Shown: piece after piece, positions 25,871 to 38,294 of the stretch | How positions within the stretch are numbered: the first letter of the stretch is position 1 | Layout: each line of letters opens with the position of its first letter | Source of the DNA: Stegostoma tigrinum | Taxonomy: Eukaryota | Length of the DNA stretch: 64,000 bases | Assembly (NCBI RefSeq): GCF_030684315.1 | Contig: NC_081356.1 | Location: 28,545,197-28,609,196, forward strand | Reading direction: 5' to 3' | Position numbers and translations under genes: made by a program | The notes under the pieces: generated by a model | Told to the model about the DNA's origin: nothing | The model's database searches: none | What the model saw: the letters and a program-made list of their open reading frames with translations, nothing else

Positions 25871-26270
25871 GTAAGTTTATTTAATTACTACAGTAAAATG
25901 AGTACCAGGTTGCTGAGACTGATCTTTTATTTGTTAAGTAACTGAAGCCAATGTTGAATACAATGGTTCAAGTAGGGAACAATTGTGTGTCTCAGCAGTT
26001 GAGCAAAATTGCCAATGCTTCAGTGGCAATTTTAATTTTAATTTTAATAAGTTCGATAACATATGAAATAGGAGAAGCTCATTTGGCTTATTGAGCCTGC
26101 TCTGTCTTTCAATAAGATGCTGGCTGATATTCTGTCTCAACTCCCTCAATGTCCTAAACAATATCGAGCTAATCTTGAATATTTGAAATGACTTTTTTTT
26201 AGAAATTTACAAAAGTAATTTAATTTCTGTAGTCTCCATTGCCAAAATAATAAACTATGTATGGCTGTAT

Positions 26271-26785
26271 TAGAACATAGAACATAGAACAATACAGCGC
26301 AGAACAGGCCCTTCGGCCCTCGATGTTGTGCCGACCTGTGAACTAATCTAAGCCCTTCTCCCTACACTATCCCATCATTATCCATATGCTTATCCAGGGA
26401 CTGTTTAAATGCCCCTAATGTGGCTGAGTTAACTACATTGGCAGGCAGAGTGTTCCACGCCCTTACCACTCTCTGAGTAAAGAACCCGCCTTTGACATGT
26501 GCCTTAAATCTACCACCCCTCAATTTGTAGCTATACCCCCTTGTACAAGCTGAAGTCATCATCCTCGGAAAAAGACTCTCACTGCCCACCCTATCTAATC
26601 CTCTGATCATCTTGTGTGTCTCTATTAAATCCCCTCTTAGCCTCCTTCTCTCCAATGAGAACAGACCCAACCAAGTCTCTCAGCCTTTCTTCATAGGGCC
26701 TGCGCTCCAGACCAGGCAACATCCTGGTAAATCTCCTCTGCACCTTTTCCAATGCTTCCACATCTTTCCTGTAATGGGGCGACCA
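26271..26785 (-). mobile_element. Young 5'-truncated CR1/HER1 LINE copy (515 bp)
   Basis: (TAGAACA)n tail; WSPHYRKDVEALEKVQRRFTRMLPG; LFSLERRRLRGDLIE; TRGYSYKL. Confidence 0.95.
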
Positions 26786-27194
26786 TATTCTTGAAGGTTT
26801 CCCCAAATAGCCCTTCCTCTCCAACCACCTTGCCTAGTTAAATTGCCAGCTTCCGCCAATCACTAAAGTGTTTGAAGAAATGTAAAAACAAATTACTTTT
26901 AGTGCTCTTATAATTTTTTTTCTGATCTTAGTTCCTTGCAGCAGTGTGCAGGAGACTGCAGTGTAATCCTGGAGGGTTGGCAATGCCTGTTGCTGACCCA
27001 ACTTGGATATACTTCAGGTGCCCACAAGGCATGGATTGCAGAATTTTGGGATGTTTTACACCTATCCTGTGTTTCAGTTGCAAGAGGCAAATGGATCCAC
27101 TTTCTATATCAGAGTTTAGGCTTGATTCTAAACTTGATTTTACTCTGCATGCAGCACTGATATTTGATTTCATGAAGTGTTATCACAATTACAG

Positions 27195-27332
27195 TGTGTA
27201 CCTTTGAAGAGAATCACCTTTGCGGCTATAACAACAGGTGGAACCCAAATCTCAACTGGCTTGTTGGTGGAGGTTCAGTTCGAGATTCACCCACAAACCT
27301 ACCAACTGATCATACATTGGACAATGAGCAAG
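27195..27332 (+). CDS. mamdc2: mamdc2 internal coding exon (start of MAM2), 138 nt, phase 1-1
   Basis: Acceptor caattacAG, donor GTatgt. Translates (V)CTFEENHLCGYNNRWNPNLNWLVGGGSVRDSPTNLPTDHTLDNEQ (cf. CDFEENHLCGFVNRWNPNVNWFVGGGS...QDHT). Confidence 0.95.
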
Positions 27333-28029
27333 GTATGTTTTCTATCACTTAAATATTTCTGATGGACTAAAACAAAATCTGTTTTCACTTCTGAAAGGCT
27401 GCTAAAATATTTTCATGAAATTTATCATACAGAGCAGGAACAGGCCGTTCAACTCATCATGCTGGTTCTTTGAAGGAACTGTTCAATTAGTAGTACATGC
27501 TGTTCTATTACAGAAATCTCACTGATCTGCTTCTTTTATCGTCTCGAAGCCTGAATTGGTCAGAGTGCAATCTTCCAGATTATCTTTTTCTCCTTATTGA
27601 CCAGTGTTTCTCCAACATTTTTCCTTGCTTCCTCCTGAAGGTTGCATGAATCTGTATGAGATCAGGGTGTGTGGTATTGATGATAGGAATGAGAGTCTCT
27701 TCATGATGCCCCAGCCAACATCAATGTAGACTTGACTGTATCGATTAGTTAATCTTCTCCTGGTACCCTTATTTTCCGTGGGCGTGTAAGTAACAACATT
27801 ATTTGAACAAATAAAATGATCTCTGTCTTTGTACTACAACATGAGTAATATGATTGTAAGAAATATGTGCAGGAGTAAGTCAATTGAAACTTGAACCCGT
27901 TCTGCGGAATTGACTAATGCAGCGATAACAGCTGTTCTAATGTATGTTAACTTCACTTTACAGTCATTCTGCATAATCCTGGGCTGTCATGTCCATTCAT
28001 TTTTGTCTAACTCAGCATTGAATATATTT

Positions 28030-29240
28030 TTATATGGGGGTTGGGTGAGGTAAAAGCAGTTGGTGTTGTCTGTATGGACTTCAGTAAAGCCTTTGACAAG
28101 GTCCCTCATGGCAGACTGGTGCAAAAGTTTAAGTCACAGGGTATCAAGGGTGACCCGGCAAGATGGATACAGAACTGGCTTAGTCATAGGAGATAGAGGA
28201 TAGCAGTGTAAAGATGTTTTTAGGAATAGAGGGCTTTGACTAATGGTATTCCACATGGATCAGTGCTGGGACCTCTGCTGTTCGTGATCTGCATTAATGA
28301 TTTGGAGGGAAATGTGGCTGGTCTAATTGGATGATATAAAGATTGGTGGAGTTGCTGATAATGAGGAGGATTATGAGAGGATACAGCCTGATAAAGTTGG
28401 AGGCATTTGCAGAAAAACAGTGGCTGGAGTTTAATCTGGACCAATGTGAGGTGATACATTTTGGAAGGTTGAGTACAGGTGGAAATTATACAATGAATGG
28501 AGGAATCCTTATGAGTATTGATATGCAGAGGGGGCTGGGTGTGCAGGGTCCAAGATCACTGAAGGTAGCAGCGCAGGTAGATAAGGTGGTTAAAAAAGGC
28601 CTATAGCATGCTTGCCTGCATTGCAACAGGTATTTTTGAGTATAATTATAGGCAAATTATGCTGCAGCTTTATAGAACTTTAGTTAGGCCATACTGGGAA
28701 TATTGTGTACAGTTCTGGCCACCTCACTACCAGAAGCATGTGGATGCTTTGGAGAGAGTACAGAAAAGGTTTACCAGAATGTTGCCTGGTATGTGGGATT
28801 TTAGCTATGGAGAAAGGTTGGATAGACTGGGTTTGTTTTCACTGGAACACAGGAAGATGAGGCGTGACCTGATAGAAGTTTATAAGATTGTGAATGGCAT
28901 GGGTAGAGTGGAAAGTATGAGGCTTTTCCCCCCAGGTGGCGAGGCAAAGCACTATGGGAAACAGGTTCAAGGTACAAGGTGGAGGGGAGTTTAAAAGACA
29001 GATGTGTGAGGCAGGTTTTTCACACAAAGGGTGGTGAGTGCCTGGCATGCGTTGCCAGAGGACTTGGTGGAAGCAACACAATGGCAGCATTCAAGAATCA
29101 CCTGGACAAATCTATGAGTGGCAAGGGAATAGAGGGATACGGATCCTGTAAGTGAAGATAATTTCAATATGGAAGAACAAACTGCGGTGACGTGAGCTTG
29201 GAGAGCTGAAGAGCCTGTTCTTGTGCTGTATTTTTTTTTG
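28030..29240 (+). mobile_element. CR1 LINE RT and 3' end
   Basis: DFSKAFDKVPH, GSVLGP, LVRPYWEYCVQFWPPHYQKHVDALERVQKRFTRMLPG. Confidence 0.92.
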
Positions 29241-29309
29241 TTCTTTATAAAGACTCAGCTTCCATGGCTGTCTGCGCGACAAAAATACAAACAGTAACGA
29301 TCCAAATTT

Positions 29310-30800
29310 TTGCCCACTCACCTCATCTAATATTGCTGAAGAGTCTTTGTGTGCTCCTCACGTCTTACTTTTGTATCTATCTGTGCATCATCATCAAATT
29401 TGATGACAATTCAGTTGATTCGGTCATCTAAATCACTGATATAGATTGTAAATAGTTTAGTTCACTGATCCCTATGCATCTCACTGGCTACAGTTTGCCA
29501 AATGGAAAATAACTAGTTCACTGGTATTTCCTGTTAGTTAGCCAGTCCTCTATTAATGCTAATCTATCACCCACACACCATATTTTCTCATCTTGTGCAG
29601 TGACTTTTTTAAACTGTGTTATGGAATCTGCTTAGACCATTTCTACCAATTCCCCTTTATCCTCCGTATAGTCTGTATCCTCAAGAGAACTTTAACATGT
29701 TTGTCAGACTCAATTTCCTTTTCACAAAATTGTGTTAACTTTGCCTGCTTAGGATTTTCTGAATGTGCTGCAATGACTTCTTTGGAAAAATGCTAGAATG
29801 CATTATCAATGACAAATGCTTGGATAACTTCCAGCTTTCCGTCTCCCTCTGTTATTATATTTATGATTTCTAAGTCACTTTGAGGTGCCATGTTATTCAG
29901 CCACTATAAGGAAAGGAAAGTTGTCCTAGATTAATTCCAATGTGAATTGGAATGTCAAGGGAAAATGTACCCTAGATCAACTTTGTTTTAGCATGAAATA
30001 AAAATAAATTACCTCAGCTCTCAATAAACTTGTGGTGGATGAAGTGTACAACAACTTTCAGGATGCAGAAGTCTGTCATGCATTATATCATTGACAGCTG
30101 GCAGGAGCACAGAACTGCCGCAGTGGGGGACCATCCAGAAAAACATTCTGACCACATATGAATAAAGTATTGTATGTTAAAGAACAAACATCAGTTAGGC
30201 GCACAGACCATCACAGATCTGCAGGAAAGTAATACCGTTGACATCTGTAACTAAACAATGGCATAAATACTTCTCAAGAAGTATTTTCTCCTAGCAAAAC
30301 ACATGATGACTCCCAAAACCAAGAGAAAATGCCAAAGGATGATTGTCATATGGCTTTAGGTAAACCGTTGAATTCGTGATGAAGGACTGCAATTATGTGG
30401 AGGATGTTGTGTTGTTTCTCTTTTAGCAGGAAAGGATAAAGGGAGATGAGGTGTTGGAAATTACAATGAGTTCTAATAGTTTAAGTAATAGAAACTGTGT
30501 TGAATGGCAGAAGGATCAGTAACGGGAGGACACAGATTTAAGGCAATTGGCAAAAGTACCAATGGGAGATGAGGAGAAATTTTCCTTTGCTGCAAATTGG
30601 TATAATCTGGAATGCAGAAAAGGGCATTGGAAACAGATTATTAGTAATATTCCAAAAATACTTGGATTAATACTGGAAGAGAAAAACATGCAAGACTGTG
30701 GGAAGGAGTAGTGGGGTGCAACTAATTGGCTGACTCTTTCACTGAGCTCGCATGGACACTTTGGGCTGAATGTCCTCCTTCTGTGCTGCCTGATTCTATA
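29310..30800. mobile_element. Old CR1 fragments (29310-29850 minus; 30380-30800 plus 3' end)
   Basis: catcatcatcaaatttg (reverse complement of the KFADD region), and ggacacagatttaaggcaattgg...gggctgaatgtcctccttctgtgctg tail. Confidence 0.6.
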
Positions 30801-32824
30801 ATTCAGTGGTCAGTAGAGTCCAATATTCAATAAGCCACTGTATTCTGTTATATTTTGATATTAATAAAGATTAATAAATATTAAAGAGCTATAGAAAATG
30901 GACTAAAGTAAAATTTATTAAAACATTAGAAGGGTCAACTTTTATTCTGATTATGAATGGGGGGAGTAGGGTGCATCCAGGTAGGCACTGATCTCTCAAC
31001 CAAATGTCTTATTGCCACAAACAAGGGTGGAAACTCACCGACAGAAAAAAATTAGATGTCTATTTAAAAGACAATGCAATGTCAGTAAGGAAGAAACTCA
31101 GAAGTATTTGACAGATGGGATTAGTTTAGAATGGCATAATGGTCGCCCCAGACGTGGTGGGCCGAAGGGCCTGTTCCTGTGCTGTACTGTTCTGTGTTCT
31201 ACGTAAAACTCAAACCAGTGAGTTTGTTCTTAATCAGTCCAGTCAAAACACCTCCCCCTCCAAACCTTCAGTGAATCATCATTTAATTTGTTTTGCTTGA
31301 GATTGAATGAGTATTTCTGGTGCCAGTTGGGTAAGCATTGGTGCATGATTATTGGGTTTTATTGAATTGTAATGCCACTCATGACATATGACTTTGTTCC
31401 GAAAATTATCCCAGAGAGCTTTGGTTTCTCTCTCTCCCCTCGACTGTGTCAGTGTGATATTCAAGGGTGTTTTTAATATGATTTCTGACAGTGGCCATGC
31501 TGGAGCTGTAGCATGTATTCACCTAGAATAAAATGGAATCTAGCTTTGTGAATGAGGCAAGCAACATTACAGCAACAAGCAACTGTAATGCGTCAGTTTA
31601 GACTTTCAAACCAGATTAACAGGGCGTGGTATTAGCCACAGTGCAGTAGAGCGCAGCATTGTTATTCAGAATGGTAAAGGTTGGTGAATTGGTTAAGAAA
31701 TGTTTGTGTACTTGTCATTACTTTATGGAGAAATTATTTTTGTTTAACAACTATTATTGAACAGCAGGGAGATTGCTGTTTGTGTTTAAATCAATGACTT
31801 ATTTTCTAGGAATTTCCAAAGTGGGTTCGTGGTTAAACAACTCCATCTGTGTTTGTGTGTTAGTCAGCAGCAAGAGAGTAAATTGCATGTCGTGCCAGAG
31901 GAAAGAATGATGTTTCCATTCATGAATTAAGATGCGAGTGTTCTATTCTGTGTGTTGCGTGATGATTTTGTGATGTGCAGCCATTGCAAAAGAAATAAAA
32001 CTAAGGAACCCTCGAATGAGAATGTGACAACATGAATTATGAAGAACATAGCAATTAAAGAATATACAGTACAGAAATAGACCAGTCATTCCAACTTGTC
32101 TATGATGGTATTTATGCTTCTGAAGAGCCTACTGTCACTCCTCTTCATTCTCTATCAACATATTCTTATGTTCCTTGTTTTTTAGCTTCCCCTTCAATGC
32201 ATCTGTTCTTTCCACTTACTCATGAGTTTCATTCTCTCTGGCTGAAGTAGATTCTCCAGAATTTCCCATTGGATTTATTAGTGACTGTCTTAGCTTAATG
32301 TCCCCTAATTCTGGATGTCCTCATAAGTGGAAACTATAAACAATTCTAAGCAGGTTAGAGGGATTTAAGTCAAGATGTACTTCTATTCTTTTATGATGAG
32401 AGTTTATTGACTTCTGCAGTTTTACCCCTCTCATTCCACCCTCGGTGTTATACATGCTCCTCATGTACAAATGCTCAGACACCAGATAGCCAACACCTGT
32501 TTTCTTCTTAACCTGAAATAAAGACATTAACAAATTTAACAATGTACTTAACCAGATATAAACAAAATCACTTCTTATAAAAATCAAAATGTTAAATGTA
32601 TTCTTTCCAAAAGTAATGTGTTTTTCACTTATGTTGCACATAATAATATGACCACCTCTAACAGATCCCACATTCCATGTTCTTTTAAATAATTTATTTT
32701 TCACATATTGAAATAATTATGAAGCAATTAAAGAAAAAAATCAATGTCCTTATGAAATTTTGCACGTTCTCATTTCAGTCTTCCATGTTCTCATCATAAC
32801 ACAATAAGTATGTCTTTGAGAATA

Positions 32825-33045
32825 CGAGTCAGTTCTGATATAACTCATGTTTCTTCAATGCAAATTGGTTTTAACGTGATTGAAGGATTATGGAACGCTA
32901 TTTGTAGCACACAAACTTTCCCCACTTTTAATGTCTATAACGCAATTCTGTCTCCATCACTTTAAAAGTCGCACTTATTGCGCAATTTTCTTATATTGTG
33001 AAGTCGCACGAGAATGGAACTATCGCGTTATATCAGAATTGACTG
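32825..33045. mobile_element. Tigger/pogo-like MITE, about 220 bp
   Basis: Terminal inverted repeats AGTCAGTTCTGATATAAC (32827-32844) and GTTATATCAGAATTGACT (33027-33044), 17/18 match. TA on the left, TG (decayed TA) on the right. Confidence 0.75.
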
Positions 33046-33293
33046 TGTTTCTTAGGGCAAACGTTTCTCTTTGTAAAATAGTCTGACAGTTGGTGACTAC
33101 CCTATTTTAGTTTAAAGATCTTTTCAACATTCCTTCATGTTAAGTAAGGTCAATTCACAAAGTTTTGTCTGCATCACTCTTTGGCAAATGAACATTATTC
33201 CAGAAATAATGATTATCCATGTAACATTCCAGAGGCAAATTGTTCTCAGATTGCTCCTTGTCTAATTTTTTGAAGGAAACCTTCAAAACCTAT

Positions 33294-33651
33294 ACCTGAT
33301 CGAGGTGTACAAGGTAATGAGAGACATGGATAGAGTCAATAGCCAGAGACTTTTCCCCAGGGCAGGATTGACTGCCACGAGGGGTCATAGTTTCAAGGTG
33401 TTAGGAGGAAGGTATACAGGAGATGTCAGAGGGAGGTTCTTCACCCAGAGAGTTGTGAGCACATGGAATAGTTTGCCAGTGGTAGTCGTGGAAGTGGAGT
33501 CATTAGTGACATTTAAGCGACTTCTGGACATGCACATGGACAGCAGTGAATTCTGGGGAATGTAAATTAGGTTATTTTACTTTTGGATTAGGATTATTCC
33601 ACGGCACAACATCATGGGCCGAAGGGCCTGTACTCTGCTGTACTTTTCTAT
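33294..33651 (+). mobile_element. CR1/HER1 3' fragment inserted in the Copia RNase H
   Basis: YKVMRDMDRV...TRGHSFKV...FFTQRVVSTWNSLP; tail gggccgaagggcctgtactctgctgtac. Confidence 0.9.
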
Positions 33652-36600
33652 AAGGACACCTCTGCACCAATTGCTTTTACCAGTACCAGTATTTCAGCAA
33701 ATAAAGGTACTTTTAACTACCCTTCCATTTTCTCGACTTCCCAGAAGAAATATCTATGTTTATTGTTCTTTACAGCCAAGAATATAATAACCCCTCCATC
33801 CTGGCATATCCATCTGGAAGACCAGGATGTGAAGCATCTATAAAAATGTCTAGCTTTATAAATTCTGGATCACCCAAAGCCGGAAACTTGAGTGTGGCAT
33901 TTCTTGGATTTAATTTCTTTCATAAAAACATAAGAAATAAGAGCAGGGGTAGGCCATTCACCATTCAGGCCTGCCCTGGCATTGTATAAGATCATGGCTG
34001 ATCTACCCCAGGGCTCAACTCTTCTTTCATGCCAGTTCTTTTTAGCTCTCAACTCTTCAATATTTCAAAAATCGGTTGACCTCCTCTTTAAATACTTCCA
34101 GTTGATCTTGCCTCCACGGCTCTGAGGTAGCAAATTCCAGATATTCACCACCATCTGGAAGAAGAAATTCCTTCACATCTCAGTTTTAAATGCATAACCC
34201 CCTAATTCTATATGTCCCTAGTTTGAGGTTCCCGAACAATGGAAACATCTTCTCAACATCTACCATGTCAGGTCCCCTTTTAAATCTTATATGATCCCAT
34301 CTCATTCTTCTAAACTTTCATGAATAAAGGCCAAACTTGCTCAGCCATTCTTGATAACTCAGCCATTTCATCCCAGGAACCAGCCTGGTGAATCTCTTTT
34401 GAACTGTCTCCATTGCCGGTATATCCTTTCTTAAATACAGGAGCCAAAGCTTAACACAACACTCCAGGTGTAGCCACAGTACAGTTGGAACAAAACTTCC
34501 CTGTTTTTAAATTACAGGCCCCAAACAATAAAGGCTAAACTGTACTTGTTGTCGTCATTACTTGCTGCACCTGCATGCTAATATTTTGTGTATCATGCAC
34601 AAGAATGCACTTGTTTGGAATCCCACTCCATTTAAAACGTAATCTGCCTTTTGATTCTTCCCACTAAAGTGCATGACTTTACACTTGCATACATTAGCCT
34701 CTGGTTGCCACATTTTTGCCCACTTGCTCAACTGTTGATATCCCCTTGCAGATTTTATGTCCTTATCACAAAATGCGCCCCCATCTAATTTTGTATTGTC
34801 AGCAAATCTGGAGATGTCACACACTGCCCCCTCCTGTGGGTAATTAAAAAGATGGTAAATAATTGACACCCTATGTCTGATCCTCGAGGCACTTCACTAG
34901 TTGCACCTTTCCGACCTAAAAAAGAGCCATTAATCTCACCTCTGTATCTTCTGTGTATTAACAAATCCTCAATCCATGCTAATATATTACCCGCAACACT
35001 GTGAGCTCTCATTATATGCACTAATCTTTTATGCAATACCTTATCAAATGCTTTTTGAAAATGCAAATATAATACGCCACTGGTTCACCCTCTGCCTATT
35101 ATATCCTCAAAGAACTCTAGCAAATTTGACAATGTGGTTTCCTCTTCACAAAATGATATTGGCTCTGTTTGTCTTGTTAAACCTTCCTAAATGCCTTGGG
35201 GGGGCTGTTTCTTCCGAGGTAATGAATTTTGACATTTTCCCAATGACAGATGTTAGGCTAACTGGCTTATGGTTTCCTACTTTTTCTCAGCCTCCCTGAT
35301 GCAAGAGCTTCCCAATGAAACACTTGATTTATTTTTATTTCTTGCCAATCTACTTACATAAATTTTCTTCCCTTTTTATTAGTTTTTTAGTCATTTGCAG
35401 CTGGTTCCTAAAAACAAAACCCAATTCATCACTACACTGATAGGGTAGTACTGTTAACAAAGGAAGCTATGTCCCTGTCCTTCTTGCTTATTTTTCTGGA
35501 ACATTGAATACCCTTGAATATTGATTTTTGGATCCTGGTCACACTGCAACCATGTCTCTATAATTGCTATCAAATTACATTGAGTTATTTCTATTTGTGC
35601 TACAAACTCTTCTAGTTTTATGAATACTTCATACAAATGGATAAGGAACCTTAAGCCCTGTTTTTTTTTAGTGATTACTTCATCTCTGGTTCAAATATCT
35701 GCTGTACTTTGCTGCTTTTATTTTCTGCCCCTCCCTGTCACACTTTAACGATCATTTGCCTCTTTGCTATCTCTGCACTTCTCCTCTCTGGTTTCTTTTT
35801 GATTTTTTTTAGTCTTCCCTTCAATTGACTTCTTCCTACCCCAGTAATTAATTATCTACAACCTAGTTATATGTTTCATCAGCACACCAGCCCCAGTGTG
35901 GTTTAAATGAAACCCAGTCAAAAGATCAGCTCTCTGTTTCTCCATTATTGGTAGCAGTGCCCCACCAATTGGAGCCTATTTCTCCACACCTATCTTTGAG
36001 CCACTTATTTACCTCTCTCATCTGACTTACTCTAAGCCAATTTACACACGGCTTAGGTCGTAATCTAGAGGTTCCTACCTTTGTGATTCTGCTTTTTAAT
36101 TTAGCCCTGAGCTGCTCATAATCCATCAGCAGAACCTGTTTCGCAATGCTACCTACACCATTGGTACTGCGGTGGATCATGACACCTGGATCCTCCCCCT
36201 CCCATTCCAAGTTTCTCTCCATCCAGAACAGATGTCTCATACTCAAAGGCAACAAAAGTCTTTGGAATGCTCTGTCTTTGCTGCAGAGGGCAGCAGCTTT
36301 TGCCCAAATTATGCCACACCCATTTAATGATTCATTTCCCTTTCCCTGGCGCTCTATTTTGGTGCTGTTGTTAAATTTTTCACCCTCCTTGCAGCCTGCG
36401 CCTTCATCCAAACTAAAAGCAAGAACTGGCTGGGCAAAGGCTGCTAAACTCTACATCTCAATATCTGCCTTACTGCAGTCACACCGTCCTGTCTCTGACC
36501 ACAGACAGCCCTGATGTAATTAATCTAAGGGCAGTGACTGTTTCCTGAGATGCCACTGTTCAGGCCACCTTTCCCCTTCCTGGTGTCTCAGTGTCCACAG

Positions 36601-36716
36601 CTCAGACACTTGCTTAGCAACTCGGAACCAAAATTCTTTATGTAGGCACAAATTTGGCTGCCAATTTTGATGTTTAATATTTGAAAAGTGAATTTTCTAA
36701 CTGTACTGTGCAGCTG

Positions 36717-36950
36717 TAATCACACCTGGACTGACCTATCCCCTCCCTACCTCCCCACCTATACTCTCTCCACCTATCTTCTTTACTCTCCATCTTCGGT
36801 CCGCCTCCCCCTCTCTCCCTATTTATCCCAGTTCCCTCTCCCCATCCCTCTCTCTGATGAAGGGTCTAGGCCCGAAACGTCAGCTTTTGTGCTCCTGAGA
36901 TGCTGCTTGGCCTGCTGTGTTCATCCAGCCTCACATTTTATTATCTTGTA
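36717..36950 (+). mobile_element. Penelope-like 3' terminal repeat fragment (family B) containing a hammerhead core
   Basis: Reverse complement of about 54260-54530, where the same sequence follows a GIY-YIG C-terminal ORF fragment. Small family B pieces also lie at 37022-37060 and 43334-43406. Confidence 0.8.
36854..36881 (+). ncRNA. Minimal type I hammerhead ribozyme core (family B)
   Basis: CTGATGA-A-GGGT.CTAG.GCCC-GAAA-CG-TC. All core residues are intact; the ACGT stem III is palindromic; stem I is only 2 bp. Confidence 0.65.
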
Positions 36951-37673
36951 ATCATACCTATTGATTTAAACCACTTGATCAGTTGAAAAGATGCAACATC
37001 AATACTTACAATCACCTGGGTTAGTAGGAACTGCCGATGCTGGAGAATCTGAGATAACACATGTTATCTCACTTATAATCACCTATTTTCCTGTGATGTT
37101 ATACTGCAGGCATGACAGTTGAAATAAGTTGAAGGGGCTCTCTGGTGCTGTTTCTTTTAATCTCCTGCTGTTGCTGCCCTTCTCTTACAGGCCTTGTCAC
37201 CCAGTCTGCTTCACTGTGGTGTTGGTCTGCTGCACACCCCTCAAGTAAACTTGTTTCAGCAGTTCCAATATGTCATAACTGGTATCTGATCTTGTCTGAC
37301 TACACAATCCGTTCAACTGACTATTCGAACGTTTTAATTAAGTTTCTACCATGGCTGAAGGATCCAGTTTTTATAAGAACCTGCCTCTATTATTAAGGTG
37401 CACTTGATTTGTTCTAAGTTAAACTCTTGATTGCTGGTCACTCCTAACTTGTTCAGCTTGCTAACTAATCCTGCTAAAGGCCCCTGAAGTTTTAGTCCCA
37501 AGCCTAATTTCCTTTTTATTGTATATACCACAAATTGTTCAAATTTTGCATAACCTCACTATTAAAAAATCATCAGTGTGGCATAACAGTGCCTGCTACT
37601 TTCTGTGCATGACACTAACCAAAGATTACTTTTAACTGTACACAGTCCGATTCCAACAGGATGGATCTAACTG

Positions 37674-37990
37674 GGGAAGCACGGTGGCTCAGTGGTTAGC
37701 ACTGCAGCCTCACAGCACCAGGGACCCGGGTTCGATTCCAGCCTTGGGCGACTGTCTGTGCAGAGTTTGCACATTCTCCCTGTGTCTGCGTGGGTTTCCT
37801 CCAGGTGCTCTGGTTTCCTCCCACGGTCCAAAGATGTGCAGGCTAGGTGGATTGGCCGTGCTAAATTGCCCATAATGTTCAGGGGTGTGTGGGTTATGGG
37901 GGGCGATGGGCTTGGGTGGGATGCTCCAAGGGGCAGTGTGGACTTGTTGGGCCGAAGGGCCTGTTTCCACACTGTAAGATATCTAATCTA
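37674..37990 (+). mobile_element. Full-length HE1-type V-SINE with 9-bp TSD ATCTAACTG
   Basis: A box TGGCTCAGTGG (37685-37695), B box GGTTCGATTCC (37729-37739), V-domain, HER1-like tail and (ATCTA)n end. TSD at 37665-37673 and 37991-37999. Confidence 0.95.
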
Positions 37991-38069
37991 ATCTAACTGT
38001 GAAGTATCACGTTCTTAATGGATCATTCACCCCATAGAACACAGTTGTTTATTTTAATCATTTCCCTTC

Positions 38070-38294
38070 TGTAGTGATTGGAACCAAGTGGATCTTATTG
38101 ACTGTGAGTTCCTTGATTGGGGTTGTTAATCTGGGCCAACTGGGGAGCCCTGGCTGACAGATATGAACAGGGGATTTAGGATCTCCTCAGTTCAGGGAGT
38201 GATTCAGAGGTAGCTGGCTACAGCCAGTGTACTGTGCACGTGTTACTAAAGGGTGACTTGGCGATAGGATATTGGCCTCTGTGCGGTTACTTCA
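38070..38294 (+). mobile_element. Solo LTR (about 225 bp) inserted in the Copia RT
   Basis: TG...CA termini. Copia RT coding sequence resumes on both sides (KPLKEVGDK | EGK...YGVND). No clean TSD. Confidence 0.65.

Larger units (their letters stand above)
33921..37240 (-). mobile_element. Long decayed CR1 LINE with ORF1 esterase remnant, endonuclease, RT and 3' UTR (internally deleted)
   Basis: GEDPGVMIHRSTN/LKSRITKV (ORF1 SGNH esterase-like), LIAIIETWL (endonuclease), FQKAFDKVLH, SRFADNTK; tail cataaaaacataagaaataagagcagg. Confidence 0.85.

Noticed and set aside
31490-32040. Repeat-free stretch as a possible conserved enhancer (also 11700-11990 and 47330-47470)
   Set aside because: Conservation cannot be judged without alignments, and there is no specific evidence in the sequence.
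35926-36411. 161-aa esterase-like ORF as a host gene
   Set aside because: Its position and motifs fit the CR1 ORF1 esterase remnant upstream of the endonuclease and RT.
37674-37750. tRNA-like A/B boxes
   Set aside because: This is the head of an HE1 SINE with V-domain, LINE tail and TSD, not a tRNA gene.
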